NCBI GenBank assembly: GCA_004555055.1
Contig: SFJN01000004.1
Span: 1-54,653, forward strand
Source: Bacteroidales bacterium
GTDB lineage: Bacteria > Bacteroidota > Bacteroidia > Bacteroidales > Bacteroidaceae
Direction of reading: 5' to 3'
DNA: 54,653 nucleotides
The position numbers and the translations under genes were made by a program. Positions 8,057 to 17,485 of this stretch are shown in pieces (within the stretch, counting starts at the first letter, position 1; each line of letters begins with the position of its first letter). The notes below the pieces were generated by a model. That model was not told where the DNA came from, did no database searches, and saw nothing but the letters and a program-made list of their open reading frames with translations.

Positions 8057-10447
8057 ATGTCCGACTTTGTAAACACGCCTCAAGAGGAAACCAACAGCGG
8101 AGGCTTTGATTTCCAGGATGCCGTATACCTCTGCATCAGCAAATGGTATTGGTTTGTCATTTCCATCGTGCTCTGTCTGAGCATCGGTGTGCTACAGATT
8201 CTTCGCACTACACCGGTCTATACCCGTTATGCCACACTCATGATTAAGGATGTGGAGGGCAGAAAGGGAAGCATCGAGCAGCAAATCAGTGAACTCGGAG
8301 GATACAGTGCCTCGAACGTCAACAACGAAGTGCTGGCGTTGCAGAGCCCTGCCATCACCGAGGAGGTGGTGAAACGCCTGCATCTTGATGTCAACTATTC
8401 CATTGACGGGGTGTTCCACAACTATACCCTCTACGGACGTACGCTCCCCATTGAGGTAAAGTTCCTTTCGCTTACCGAGGATGACGATGTGAGTTTGACC
8501 ATTGAACTCGATGGAAAGGGAAACTACGTCATGTCGGAGTTCAAGGGGCCCCGTACGAAACCCGAGGATGAGGGCAAGAGCATCCGCGGACGTCTGCACA
8601 GCATCATCAACACCCCTGTAGGACGCATCCTCGTAGATCCCTCCCAGAATTTCTACGATGTCGGCAAACCCATCCATGTTCACCGTACCTCCATCAAGGC
8701 GGCCACCGGAAGCTATAACCGTGTGGGAGTGTCGCTCATGGAAAAACAGAGTAACATGCTCCGTCTGGTCTTCAACGATGTCAATACACAGCGTGCCGAA
8801 GACGTAATCAATACCACCATTGAGGTCTACAACGAAAACTGGATTGACGACAAGAACCAGATTGCCGTCAGCACATCGCAGTTTATCAACGAGCGCCTCC
8901 GCGTCATCGAAAGCGAACTTGGAAGCGTTGACCACAGCATCTCTTCCTACAAGAGTGCAAACATGATTCCTGATGCCGAAACGGCAGCCTCAAGCTATAT
9001 GTCGAAGGCCGATGCTACCGGTGACCGTCTCCTCGACCTTAACAACCAGCTTTATATGGCGAAGTATGTGCGTCAGATGGTTTCCGACGAACGTGAAAAG
9101 TTCGAACTCCTTCCCGCCAACTCCGGCATAAACTCCACCAGCGTCGAACAACTCATTGCTGAGTACAATGAGAACATTCTGCTCCGCAACCGTCTCCTCA
9201 GTAACATGTCGGTAAACAGCCCGCTGATTGCCGACCTCGAGAGCCGCATCAACAACCAGCGTCAGGTGATTGTGCAGAGCATCGACAACTTCATCCTTAC
9301 GCTTAACACCCAGGCCGGACAGTTGAAGGCCCAGGAACAGCAGCTCAATTCCAAGATTGCCAACACGCCGGTGCAGAGCACCTATCTCACCAGCATCGGT
9401 CGTGAGCAGAAAGTAAAGGAAAGCCTCTACATCTTCCTCCTCCAAAAACGTGAGGAGAACGAACTTTCAATGGCCTTCACGGCCTATAACACCCGGCTCA
9501 TCACACCGCCTACAGGAAGTAATGCCCCCACGTCGCCCGTTAAGCGTAACATCCTCTTCCTCGCCCTCTGCATTGCCATCGTAGTTCCTCTGCTCGTCAT
9601 CATCATCAGAGAACTGATGAACACCACAGTCCGTGGACGTAGGGACCTCGAGGGACTTACTGTCCCCTATATTGGAGAAATACCGATGTCGTACAAGAGT
9701 CCCGGATTCTTCAAGCGGATTTTCGCCAGAAAGAAGCTGAAACAGGAGAAACGCAAGATCGTTGTCGAGGACCACAACCGCGACATGATCAACGAGGCCT
9801 TCCGCGTGCTGAGAGCAAACTTCGAGTTCTGCGGAAAGAAGTTCGGAAATGGGGTGGTGACCATGGTGACATCTGCCAACGTATCGTCCGGTAAGACGTT
9901 CATTACCACCAACCTTGCCGCATCGATGGCTATCAAGAACCAGCGTGTCATCATTATAGACCTCGACCTCCGCAAGGGTACATCATCCGGTTTCGTCGGG
10001 AAACCCAAGATTGGCATCACCGATTACCTCGTCGGACAGTGTGGACTCGACGATGTGAAATATGCCTATGAGAAGATTCCCAATCTCACCATTATACCTG
10101 TAGGTACCATTCCCCCGAATCCTACGGAACTTCTCTACGACGAGCGGTTGGCACAGCTCATCACCACCCTGAAGAAGGAGTACGACTATATCTTCATTGA
10201 CTGTCCTCCCGTTGAGATTGTCGCCGATGCCAGCATCATCCGAAACTATGCCGACATGACGCTCTTCATCGTACGGTCCATGTACTTCGAACGTTCCATG
10301 ATTCCTGAAATCGAAAACTTCTATCGTACACAGCGTTATCCCAATATGCTGCTCGTACTCAATGGTACCGACCACATCTACAAGAGTTACGGCTACCATC
10401 GTTATGGCTATCGCTATGGTTACCGATATGGCTATGGCAATAATTGA
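8057..10447 (+). CDS. wzc: Polysaccharide co-polymerase / BY-kinase (Wzc family)
   Basis: Two TM segments flank a coiled-coil periplasmic domain. EAFRVLRAN, Walker A SSGKT, IDLDLR, FIDCPP and a C-terminal Tyr cluster. Confidence 0.93.
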   Translation: MSDFVNTPQEETNSGGFDFQDAVYLCISKWYWFVISIVLCLSIGVLQILRTTPVYTRYATLMIKDVEGRKGSIEQQISELGGYSASNVNNEVLALQSPAITEEVVKRLHLDVNYSIDGVFHNYTLYGRTLPIEVKFLSLTEDDDVSLTIELDGKGNYVMSEFKGPRTKPEDEGKSIRGRLHSIINTPVGRILVDPSQNFYDVGKPIHVHRTSIKAATGSYNRVGVSLMEKQSNMLRLVFNDVNTQRAEDVINTTIEVYNENWIDDKNQIAVSTSQFINERLRVIESELGSVDHSISSYKSANMIPDAETAASSYMSKADATGDRLLDLNNQLYMAKYVRQMVSDEREKFELLPANSGINSTSVEQLIAEYNENILLRNRLLSNMSVNSPLIADLESRINNQRQVIVQSIDNFILTLNTQAGQLKAQEQQLNSKIANTPVQSTYLTSIGREQKVKESLYIFLLQKREENELSMAFTAYNTRLITPPTGSNAPTSPVKRNILFLALCIAIVVPLLVIIIRELMNTTVRGRRDLEGLTVPYIGEIPMSYKSPGFFKRIFARKKLKQEKRKIVVEDHNRDMINEAFRVLRANFEFCGKKFGNGVVTMVTSANVSSGKTFITTNLAASMAIKNQRVIIIDLDLRKGTSSGFVGKPKIGITDYLVGQCGLDDVKYAYEKIPNLTIIPVGTIPPNPTELLYDERLAQLITTLKKEYDYIFIDCPPVEIVADASIIRNYADMTLFIVRSMYFERSMIPEIENFYRTQRYPNMLLVLNGTDHIYKSYGYHRYGYRYGYRYGYGNN

Positions 10448-10509
10448 TACCGCCTGGGGAATGGCAGGGACAATCCACCCATACCAGGCAATGTTACTGC
10501 ATTGAAAAA

Positions 10510-10552
10510 CCTTGAACCGGGTACATCAGCCTTTGATGCGCCCGGTTCGAGG
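10510..10552. terminator. Long intergenic hairpin after wzc (terminator or stability element)
   Basis: CCTTGAACCGGG...CCCGGTTCGAGG stem with inner CATCA/TGATG; no clear U tract. Confidence 0.45.
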
Positions 10553-10606
10553 CGTATATGACACAAGGGGATTTTCCCCCATCTTTTCATCGAAAAACAA
10601 CTCACC

Positions 10607-11029
10607 ATGCGAATCCTTTCCATCGATTACGGCAAACGCCGGACAGGACTGGCCGTGACCGACCCGTTGCAAATCATTGCCGGAGGACTTGCAACCATCG
10701 ACACCCGCGATGTCCTGAAGTTCATTACGGATTATGTAAAGCGCGAACCCGTGGAAACCATTGTCATCGGACTTCCGGTGCAATCCAATGGGCAACCTTC
10801 CGAAAACCAAAGCCGCGTGCGCTGCTTCACAGGAGAACTTCGGAAGGCTTTGCCTGAAATTCCAGTAGTGTTCTACGACGAACGCTATACTTCCGTCATT
10901 GCTCACCAGGCAATCATCGCATCCGGTGTCGGACGCAAACGTCGTCAGACGGACAAGGGGCTCGTGGATGAAATTTCCGCCACCATCATCTTGCAGAACT
11001 ATCTCGAGAATCTCAAGATGAAACATTAA
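10607..11029 (+). CDS. ruvX: YqgF/RuvX family nuclease
   Basis: ILSIDYGKRRTGLAVTDP, DERYTS and VDEISATIILQ motifs. Confidence 0.95.
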   Translation: MRILSIDYGKRRTGLAVTDPLQIIAGGLATIDTRDVLKFITDYVKREPVETIVIGLPVQSNGQPSENQSRVRCFTGELRKALPEIPVVFYDERYTSVIAHQAIIASGVGRKRRQTDKGLVDEISATIILQNYLENLKMKH

Positions 11030-11133
11030 TCCGTAATCCGTCTTTCTTTCCAAACCTTTCCGGACATCCCAAGCATAGAAAAAATAACAATGGCCATCCT
11101 CTGATGCCATTTTCAAACACCTTTCATACCCTA

Positions 11134-11688
11134 ATGATCTATCCCATCTATACCTATGGTAACCCCGTGCTGCGACAGGTGGCACAGGACATTGACAAGG
11201 AATACCCCAACGTCCAGCAACTCATCGACGACATGTTCGAGACCATGTACCACAGTCAGGGAGTCGGCCTTGCTGCGCCCCAGATCGGACTCTCCATCCG
11301 TCTTGTGGTCATCACGCTCGACTGTCTGTCGGAAGACTACCCCGAATACAAGGATTTCAACGCGGCCTACATCAACCCGCATATCGTGGAAGTTGACGAA
11401 ACGGAGACAAAACTGATGGACGAGGGATGCCTCTCCCTCCCCGGCATCAGCGAACCTGTGCGCCGTCCCACCCGCATCCGGGTGAAGTATCTTGACCGTG
11501 AATGGAATGAGCACGACGAGTGGGTGGAAGGATATCTGGCTCGAGTGATGCAACACGAGTTCGACCATCTCGAAGGAAAGGTCTTTACCGACCGTATTTC
11601 CCCGCTCCGCAAGCAGCTCATCAAGAAGAAGATGGCGAACCTTCTCGCCGGAAAGTTCAGCTGCAGCTACAAGACCAAGCGGAAGTGA
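11134..11688 (+). CDS. def: Peptide deformylase
   Basis: GVGLAAPQIG, EGCLS and QHEFDHLEG motifs. Start taken at MIYPIYTYG. Confidence 0.97.
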   Translation: MIYPIYTYGNPVLRQVAQDIDKEYPNVQQLIDDMFETMYHSQGVGLAAPQIGLSIRLVVITLDCLSEDYPEYKDFNAAYINPHIVEVDETETKLMDEGCLSLPGISEPVRRPTRIRVKYLDREWNEHDEWVEGYLARVMQHEFDHLEGKVFTDRISPLRKQLIKKKMANLLAGKFSCSYKTKRK

Positions 11689-11779
11689 GCCGCCCATTTT
11701 AGGGCTTTTCCGTGAGGGGAGGAGGACAGCATGGAAGTCTCCCTCCCGACAAATACATCCAATACTCATACAACGTCCA

Positions 11780-13507
11780 ATGATTCTTCGACGAAACATT
11801 CGACATTCCCTGATGACAGCAGGCAAAGGTTTGTGCTTTTGCTTGCTGTCGTTGTGCTTTTTCCATATTCCGCAGGTCGCATTTTCGCAGGTCAACACCC
11901 AGCAGGTGCTCCTCATGGGACGTGCAGCTCTGTATTACGACGACTATATCACCGCCATTCATTATTTCAATACCGTCCTTGAGGCAAAGCCCTATATGTC
12001 CGATGCGCTCTATTACAGGGCCGCTGCAAAGTTCTCGCTCGAGGACTACGAAAGTGCGCAGGCCGACCTCGACCAGGCTGTGCTCTTCAACCCCTTCCGT
12101 GTGGAGTATTACCAGTTGCGTGGTCTTTGCCGTATCCATACTGCTGATTACGAGGGGGCAATAGCCGATTATTCCGAAGTCATCCGTGAGAACGCCAAGG
12201 ACCAGAGTGCCGTCTATAACCGTATCCTATGCCGTATGGAGCTCAAGGATTTCGACCGTGCCGATTTGGAACTCGACACCCTTCTGCAACTATGGCCGAA
12301 GTTCACAAGGGCCTATCTTATCAAGGCGCAGCTCTGCCTTGAACGCAAGGATACACTTGGCGGACTGCATTGGGCAGACTCCCTGCTTGTCATAAGTCCC
12401 CGCGAGCATGCGGCTTGGGCCTTCAAGGGACGCTATGCACTACAGCACGAGGACTATGCCCTTGCCGACTCGTGTTATACCCAGGCCCTGCGTTATGAAA
12501 AGGGAAATGTGGACTATTACGTCGAACGTGCACAGACGCGCAATGCCCAAAGCCGCTACGCACTGGCGATGGCCGACTACGACAGGGCTATTGAAATGGT
12601 TCCGCAGCATTTTGTGGCACACTATAACCGTGGGCTTATCCGTGCTCTTGTCGGTGACGACAACCGTGCCATAGAGGATTTTGACTTCGTCATTTCAGAA
12701 GAGCCCGACAATGTGCTGGCTGTCTACAACCGCGCTGAGCTCCGAAAGAATATCGGTGATTTCAAGGGAGCGATTTCCGACTATTCGCAACTCATCTCAG
12801 CCTATCCGAATTTCCTTTACGGTTATGCCCAGCGTGCGCAGTGCTACCGTGCCGTTGGAGATGTCCGCCATGCGGTACGCGACGAAGCCTACGTCCGTCG
12901 TGCCGACTACGACCTTGTTTTCGGAAATGGCGGCAGACGCCCTGTGAAGACGGTACGCAAACGTTCGGAAAAAGCCCTTGAACGCTATGACCAGCCCATC
13001 GTCGAGGACGAAGATACAACACGCCATTATGCCAGTGAGTTTGCCGGAAAGGTACAGAACCGCAAGGTGGAACGCGTGTTTCTCCCACCATGTCATACCG
13101 AGGGGGAAAAACTTGTCATCGATGCCCTTCGTCAGCCCATCTATGCTCCTGACGAAAGACTCCGGGCCTTGGTGGACCATACCAACAGCCTTTTGGATGC
13201 CGGACGGAAGGACGAGGCCTTGGCGGCCCTTCGGAAGGCTGTGGAGACGGAATGGACCGCAGAAGCTGTGCTTTATTATAATATAGGATGTGTGGAAGCC
13301 GAAAGCGGAAGTCTCGAAAAGGCCGGAGAAGCCTTTGCCAAAGCCTTCGAACTCGATGCCAAGATGGCTGAAGCCCTCTACAACCGTGCGGTGGTTTATC
13401 TGCTTCAGGGGCGTAATGACGAGGCCGTTCCCTTGCTGTCCACTGCCGGAGAGATGGGGCTTTATAAGGCGTATAACCTTCTGAAGCAGGCAAAGAACCG
13501 GAAATGA
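11780..13507 (+). CDS. Tetratricopeptide repeat protein (exported)
   Basis: Many TPR-like units (YYQLRG...AIADY, HYNRG...AIEDF) and an N-terminal signal peptide. Alternative start at 11813. Confidence 0.9.
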   Translation: MILRRNIRHSLMTAGKGLCFCLLSLCFFHIPQVAFSQVNTQQVLLMGRAALYYDDYITAIHYFNTVLEAKPYMSDALYYRAAAKFSLEDYESAQADLDQAVLFNPFRVEYYQLRGLCRIHTADYEGAIADYSEVIRENAKDQSAVYNRILCRMELKDFDRADLELDTLLQLWPKFTRAYLIKAQLCLERKDTLGGLHWADSLLVISPREHAAWAFKGRYALQHEDYALADSCYTQALRYEKGNVDYYVERAQTRNAQSRYALAMADYDRAIEMVPQHFVAHYNRGLIRALVGDDNRAIEDFDFVISEEPDNVLAVYNRAELRKNIGDFKGAISDYSQLISAYPNFLYGYAQRAQCYRAVGDVRHAVRDEAYVRRADYDLVFGNGGRRPVKTVRKRSEKALERYDQPIVEDEDTTRHYASEFAGKVQNRKVERVFLPPCHTEGEKLVIDALRQPIYAPDERLRALVDHTNSLLDAGRKDEALAALRKAVETEWTAEAVLYYNIGCVEAESGSLEKAGEAFAKAFELDAKMAEALYNRAVVYLLQGRNDEAVPLLSTAGEMGLYKAYNLLKQAKNRK

Positions 13508-13572
13508 TTTGCAAGAACATACCCATGATTTCCCATTTGTCACGAATCCTGAAAGACTTATCCTAACCATTC

Positions 13573-15468
13573 ATGTCTGAGAAGCAAAATATTGAACTGC
13601 TGGCTCCTGCCAAGACTGCAGATATCGGCATAGAGGCCATCCTCCACGGTGCTGATGCTGTGTATATTGGCGGACCGGGATTCGGAGCGCGTGCCGCAGC
13701 CGGAAACAGTGTCGACGACATACGTCGCCTGTGTCACTTTGCGCACCTTTATGATGCCCGGGTTTATGTCACGCTCAATACTATCCTTTACGACGATGAG
13801 ATTCCGGCAGTCGAAAGCCTTGTACGCGAACTTTACGATGCTGGTGTCGATGCCCTCATCACCCAGGACCTTGCACTCCTGGCTCTCGACCTGCCGCCGA
13901 TAGCCCTGCATGCCTCGACTCAGATGGACAACTGCACGCCGGAGCGCGCAAGGTTCCTTGAAGCGGCAGGGTATTCGCAGATTGTGCTTGCACGCGAACT
14001 GTCGTTGCAGCAGATTGCTGGCATACATACCGCTACATCGCTTCCCCTCGAGGCCTTTGTCCATGGTGCCCTTTGTGTCAGCTATTCCGGCCGTTGCTAT
14101 GCTTCGGAATACTGTTTTTCACGTTCTGCCAATCGTGGTCGCTGTGCCCAGTTCTGTCGTCTTGCCTTCGACCTCGTAGATGCCGATGGTAGGGTCGTCA
14201 ATGCTACGGAACACAAAGATTCGCGTCCACGACCGCAACAGGGACGCCATTTGCTCTCCCTGCGCGACATGAACCGTTCGGCACACCTCGAAGCCATGAT
14301 GGATGCCGGAGTAAGAAGTTTCAAGATTGAAGGGCGCCTGAAGGATGTGGCATATGTAAAGAATGTTACAGCCTTTTACCGCCGTGCCATCGACGAGATA
14401 CTCGAACGCCGTAGCGATGATTATCAGCGCGCTTCTGCGGGTGTGCATACTTTTGCCTTCGAACCTGCATTGGCGAAGAGTTTCAACAGGGGCTTCACGG
14501 ACTATCTTCTTCAGGGACGTACCCCCGATTTATGGAATTTCTCCACACCGAAGTCCATAGGAGAACATGTGGGAACAATCTCACGTGTGTCAGCACGTTC
14601 ATTTACCATAACTCTTAATCGTGAAGCCGGACCTCTCCATAATGGCGACGGATGCGTAAGTTTCATTAACGGTCTTCCTACAGGGTTCCGTGCCAACCGT
14701 GTGGAATCCTCAGCCGATGGACGCTATGCAGAGGTCTTTCCGTTGAAGATGCCTACCTTACAGCCTGGTGCTCCAGTCTATCGTAACGAAGACACCCAAT
14801 GGGAACAAATCCTTTCCCGCCCCTCGGCAGAGCGTAGAATGTATCTCTCTTTCACACTCATGGAGCAGGAAGATGGCTATCTGCTACGGGCGGAATCTGA
14901 GGGTGAAGAGGTCGAGGTGACGATTGCAGCCTCCCATCAGCCGGCAGAAAAACCTCAAACTGAAGTCATCCGACGGCAGTTGCAGAAACTTGGCAACACA
15001 GCCTTTGTGCTTCGCGACCTCATCGTGTATACCTCGGGTGAGCGTTTCGTTCCGGCCTCTCTCCTCTCTGCCGCACGTCGTCAGGCAGTGGAAGCCTTGT
15101 CCGATGCACTCCGTGTCCGGCATCTTGTCCACCGTGATGTCCGTCGTCCGTCGCTTGCTCCCAATTTTAATGGCCGGCATTTGCCGTTCAATGCCAATAT
15201 ATCCAACCGTTTGGCACGTGAATGGGCTTTGCAGCACGGAGCGTCACAGGTTGATGAAGCTTTCGAATTGCAACAGCCTGGGCGGCAGTCCGTCATCATG
15301 ACCTGTCGTCATTGTCTGCGTTTTGCATTCGGACAGTGTCCCAAGGTTACCGGAACCCGTCCGCGGTGGCACGAACCTTTGGCTTTGCGCCTGCCCGACG
15401 GCAGGAGTTTCCCCCTGCGTTTTGATTGTTCCCGCTGTGAAATGCAGGTGCTTACCCCTGAACGCTGA
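13573..15468 (+). CDS. Peptidase U32 family protein (RlhA-like, probable RNA hydroxylase) with C-terminal DUF3656-like region
   Basis: ELLAPA, GADAVYIG, HASTQ, LARELSL, Fe-S motif HGALCVSYSGRC...RGRCAQFCR and SFKIEGRLK. Confidence 0.9.
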   Translation: MSEKQNIELLAPAKTADIGIEAILHGADAVYIGGPGFGARAAAGNSVDDIRRLCHFAHLYDARVYVTLNTILYDDEIPAVESLVRELYDAGVDALITQDLALLALDLPPIALHASTQMDNCTPERARFLEAAGYSQIVLARELSLQQIAGIHTATSLPLEAFVHGALCVSYSGRCYASEYCFSRSANRGRCAQFCRLAFDLVDADGRVVNATEHKDSRPRPQQGRHLLSLRDMNRSAHLEAMMDAGVRSFKIEGRLKDVAYVKNVTAFYRRAIDEILERRSDDYQRASAGVHTFAFEPALAKSFNRGFTDYLLQGRTPDLWNFSTPKSIGEHVGTISRVSARSFTITLNREAGPLHNGDGCVSFINGLPTGFRANRVESSADGRYAEVFPLKMPTLQPGAPVYRNEDTQWEQILSRPSAERRMYLSFTLMEQEDGYLLRAESEGEEVEVTIAASHQPAEKPQTEVIRRQLQKLGNTAFVLRDLIVYTSGERFVPASLLSAARRQAVEALSDALRVRHLVHRDVRRPSLAPNFNGRHLPFNANISNRLAREWALQHGASQVDEAFELQQPGRQSVIMTCRHCLRFAFGQCPKVTGTRPRWHEPLALRLPDGRSFPLRFDCSRCEMQVLTPER

Positions 15469-15530
15469 CATCTCCTTTTCCCTTTCCTGCATACTATACC
15501 CTTAAGAAAAAGGAAAATCCCCATTAGCTT

Positions 15531-16502
15531 ATGCGCAGTATTCTTTTTCTGTTGTTTGCTGTCTGTGCCATGGTGTCTTGCCATCGCGACCGTCCCCAGT
15601 GCACCGAGTTCTGGCATACTTCCGGCATTGATTCCGTCGCTTTCCGCCAGCAGCATCATTTTTGGAAGAACTTCAATTTTGTTGCCACCGATTCCATACC
15701 TCTCGAAGCCAGTCTGCCGGGAGAGGTGGCAAGCATCTTTGTGCCCGACAGTGCCATCCTCGAAACTGACGACCAGGTGGTGGTGACAGACATTGCCATC
15801 GTCCCTGCCGATGCGGAAGACAGTGTATGGGTGATGGTGGCGCGCGACCAGATGACGATGGGGTGGGTACACGAGCAGACGCTTCTCGAACGGGCGGTTC
15901 CTGACAATGGGGTTTCGCGGTTCATTCACCATTTTTCCGACTCACGCATACTGCTCTTCCTCTCCTGCCTTTGCCTGGCTTTCATACTTTTCATCGTCCA
16001 GCGTTTCCGTAGGGAGCATTTTCTGATTGTCCATTTCAACGATATCCGTAGTTTTTATCCCACGCTCCTCTGTCTTTGTATGAGCGGACTGGCAGCATTC
16101 TATGGCAGCATTCAGAATTTTCAGCCCGAGGTCTGGAAGGAATTCTTTTTCTATCCCACGCTCAATCCTTTCGGTCAGCCCCGCGTCATCATGCTCTTCC
16201 TCATCGGAGTATGGGCTTTGCTTGTCATCTTCATTGCTGTCGTCGACGATATCCGCAAGCAGCCCGATGTGGTCAATGGGGTGTCGTACATGATTTCCCT
16301 CTGTGGTGTCTGCATGTCGCTCTATCTTTTCTTCAGTGTCAGCGTGCAGTACTACATCGGTTATCCTCTCCTGTTGCTCTACTGGGCTTTTGCACTTCAC
16401 CGTCATCTACGTCATAATACCGCCCCCTATGTATGCGGGGCCTGTGGTGCTCCTTTGCATACGCTTGGCAAATGCCCGAATTGTGGCTCCATCAACGAAT
16501 AG
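15531..16502 (+). CDS. Conserved hypothetical lipoprotein/membrane protein with C-terminal zinc ribbon
   Basis: Lipobox-like MVSC, about 5 TM segments and C-terminal CGACG...CPNCG. Confidence 0.8.
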   Translation: MRSILFLLFAVCAMVSCHRDRPQCTEFWHTSGIDSVAFRQQHHFWKNFNFVATDSIPLEASLPGEVASIFVPDSAILETDDQVVVTDIAIVPADAEDSVWVMVARDQMTMGWVHEQTLLERAVPDNGVSRFIHHFSDSRILLFLSCLCLAFILFIVQRFRREHFLIVHFNDIRSFYPTLLCLCMSGLAAFYGSIQNFQPEVWKEFFFYPTLNPFGQPRVIMLFLIGVWALLVIFIAVVDDIRKQPDVVNGVSYMISLCGVCMSLYLFFSVSVQYYIGYPLLLLYWAFALHRHLRHNTAPYVCGACGAPLHTLGKCPNCGSINE

Positions 16503-16567
16503 AGAAACTCTTGACGGGGCATCAGTTCATACCCCAACAGGAGAGTGATACGACGTTCCGGAAAACA

Positions 16568-16650
16568 AAAACATCGGACTTCTTTGAGGCAAACATCCGT
16601 ACTTTCGATGCAAAACATCCGTACTTTTGCCCAAAGAAGTCCGATGTTTT
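16568..16650. repeat. Palindromic REP/MITE-like element, copy 1
   Basis: Perfect 19 bp inverted repeat AAAACATCGGACTTCTTTG (16568-16586 and 16632-16650) encloses two AAACATCCGTACTTT units at 22 bp spacing. Confidence 0.9.
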
Positions 16651-16953
16651 GCTTCTTCCGAAAAATCGTTTTTGTTATGCCATAAGCATCCGTGAAATTT
16701 ACATTGGTAGCAATGGCGGAAAGCGAAAGAAGACATGGGATTCCCAGTATACCACGTGCATTTTACATCGAAAAGACATCTGCAGAAACAGACAATTCGC
16801 AGGAGCCCGTAAAGTGCAAAGAAGGCAATATTGAGACCTGTATCTGAGAAATTGAGATAACAAAAGCAAGTTAAATGGACCGGAATGGAATGAAAAAGCA
16901 TGGTTTTCTGCAAAAAATGCTGAAGTTTTCTTGTGGGTTATCAAAAATCGCCG

Positions 16954-16961
16954 TACCTTTG
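16954..16961 (+). promoter_or_regulatory. tRNA operon promoter -7 box
   Basis: TACCTTTG about 20 bp before the first tRNA, with TTG about 20 bp further upstream. Confidence 0.75.
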
Positions 16962-16980
16962 CATCGCTTTTGAGAACGAA

Positions 16981-17055
16981 GGGCGCTTAGCTCAGCTGGT
17001 TCAGAGCGTCTGCCTTACAAGCAGAGGGTCGGGGGTTCGAATCCCTCAGCGCCCA
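16981..17055 (+). tRNA. trnV: tRNA-Val(TAC)
   Basis: Cloverleaf with acceptor GGGCGCT/AGCGCCC, anticodon arm TCTGC-CTTACAA-GCAGA and T-loop GGTTCGAATCC. Confidence 0.97.
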
Positions 17056-17108
17056 CTAAACTATCGAAAGGTGGTTTTTTAAAGGGTGAATGTTTCTCAA
17101 AAGCGACC

Positions 17109-17183
17109 GGGCGCTTAGCTCAGCTGGTTCAGAGCGTCTGCCTTACAAGCAGAGGGTCGGGGGTTCGAATCCCTCAGCGCCCA
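17109..17183 (+). tRNA. trnV: tRNA-Val(TAC)
   Basis: Identical to the copy at 16981. Confidence 0.97.
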
Positions 17184-17259
17184 CCCGGTAATTGCGATAA
17201 TCATCGCAGCAAATGCAGATTCCGGTTCTGCGCTTGTTTTTCCATTTTTTTTAGAATAA

Positions 17260-17334
17260 GGGCGCTTAGCTCAGCTGGTTCAGAGCGTCTGCCTTACAAG
17301 CAGAGGGTCGGGGGTTCGAATCCCTCAGCGCCCA
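17260..17334 (+). tRNA. trnV: tRNA-Val(TAC)
   Basis: Identical to the copy at 16981. Confidence 0.97.
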
Positions 17335-17355
17335 CACAAACAGAATTATCCATAG

Positions 17356-17389
17356 AAGAGTTCCAACATCAGTATTGGAGCTCTTTTTT
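17356..17389 (+). terminator. Intrinsic terminator of the tRNA operon
   Basis: GAGTTCCAA...TTGGAGCTC stem followed by TTTTTT. Confidence 0.75.
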
Positions 17390-17485
17390 CGTTTATGGGG
17401 CTGTGGTTTGTGTTTCCTTGTGAATTGCCCCGAAACAATGTGATGAATTGTAAAACCAATCCCTTTTTTCTTTTCTGAGAATAGT

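Noticed and set aside
10385..10440. Short tandem repeats at the wzc 3' end
   Set aside because: They encode the normal BY-kinase tyrosine cluster.
7091..17070. Exact 15-mer CTAAACTATCGAAAG in the wza leader (7091-7105) and after tRNA 1 (17056-17070), considered as an att-like repeat
   Set aside because: About one such match is expected by chance in 55 kb, the enclosed genes are housekeeping and there is no integrase.
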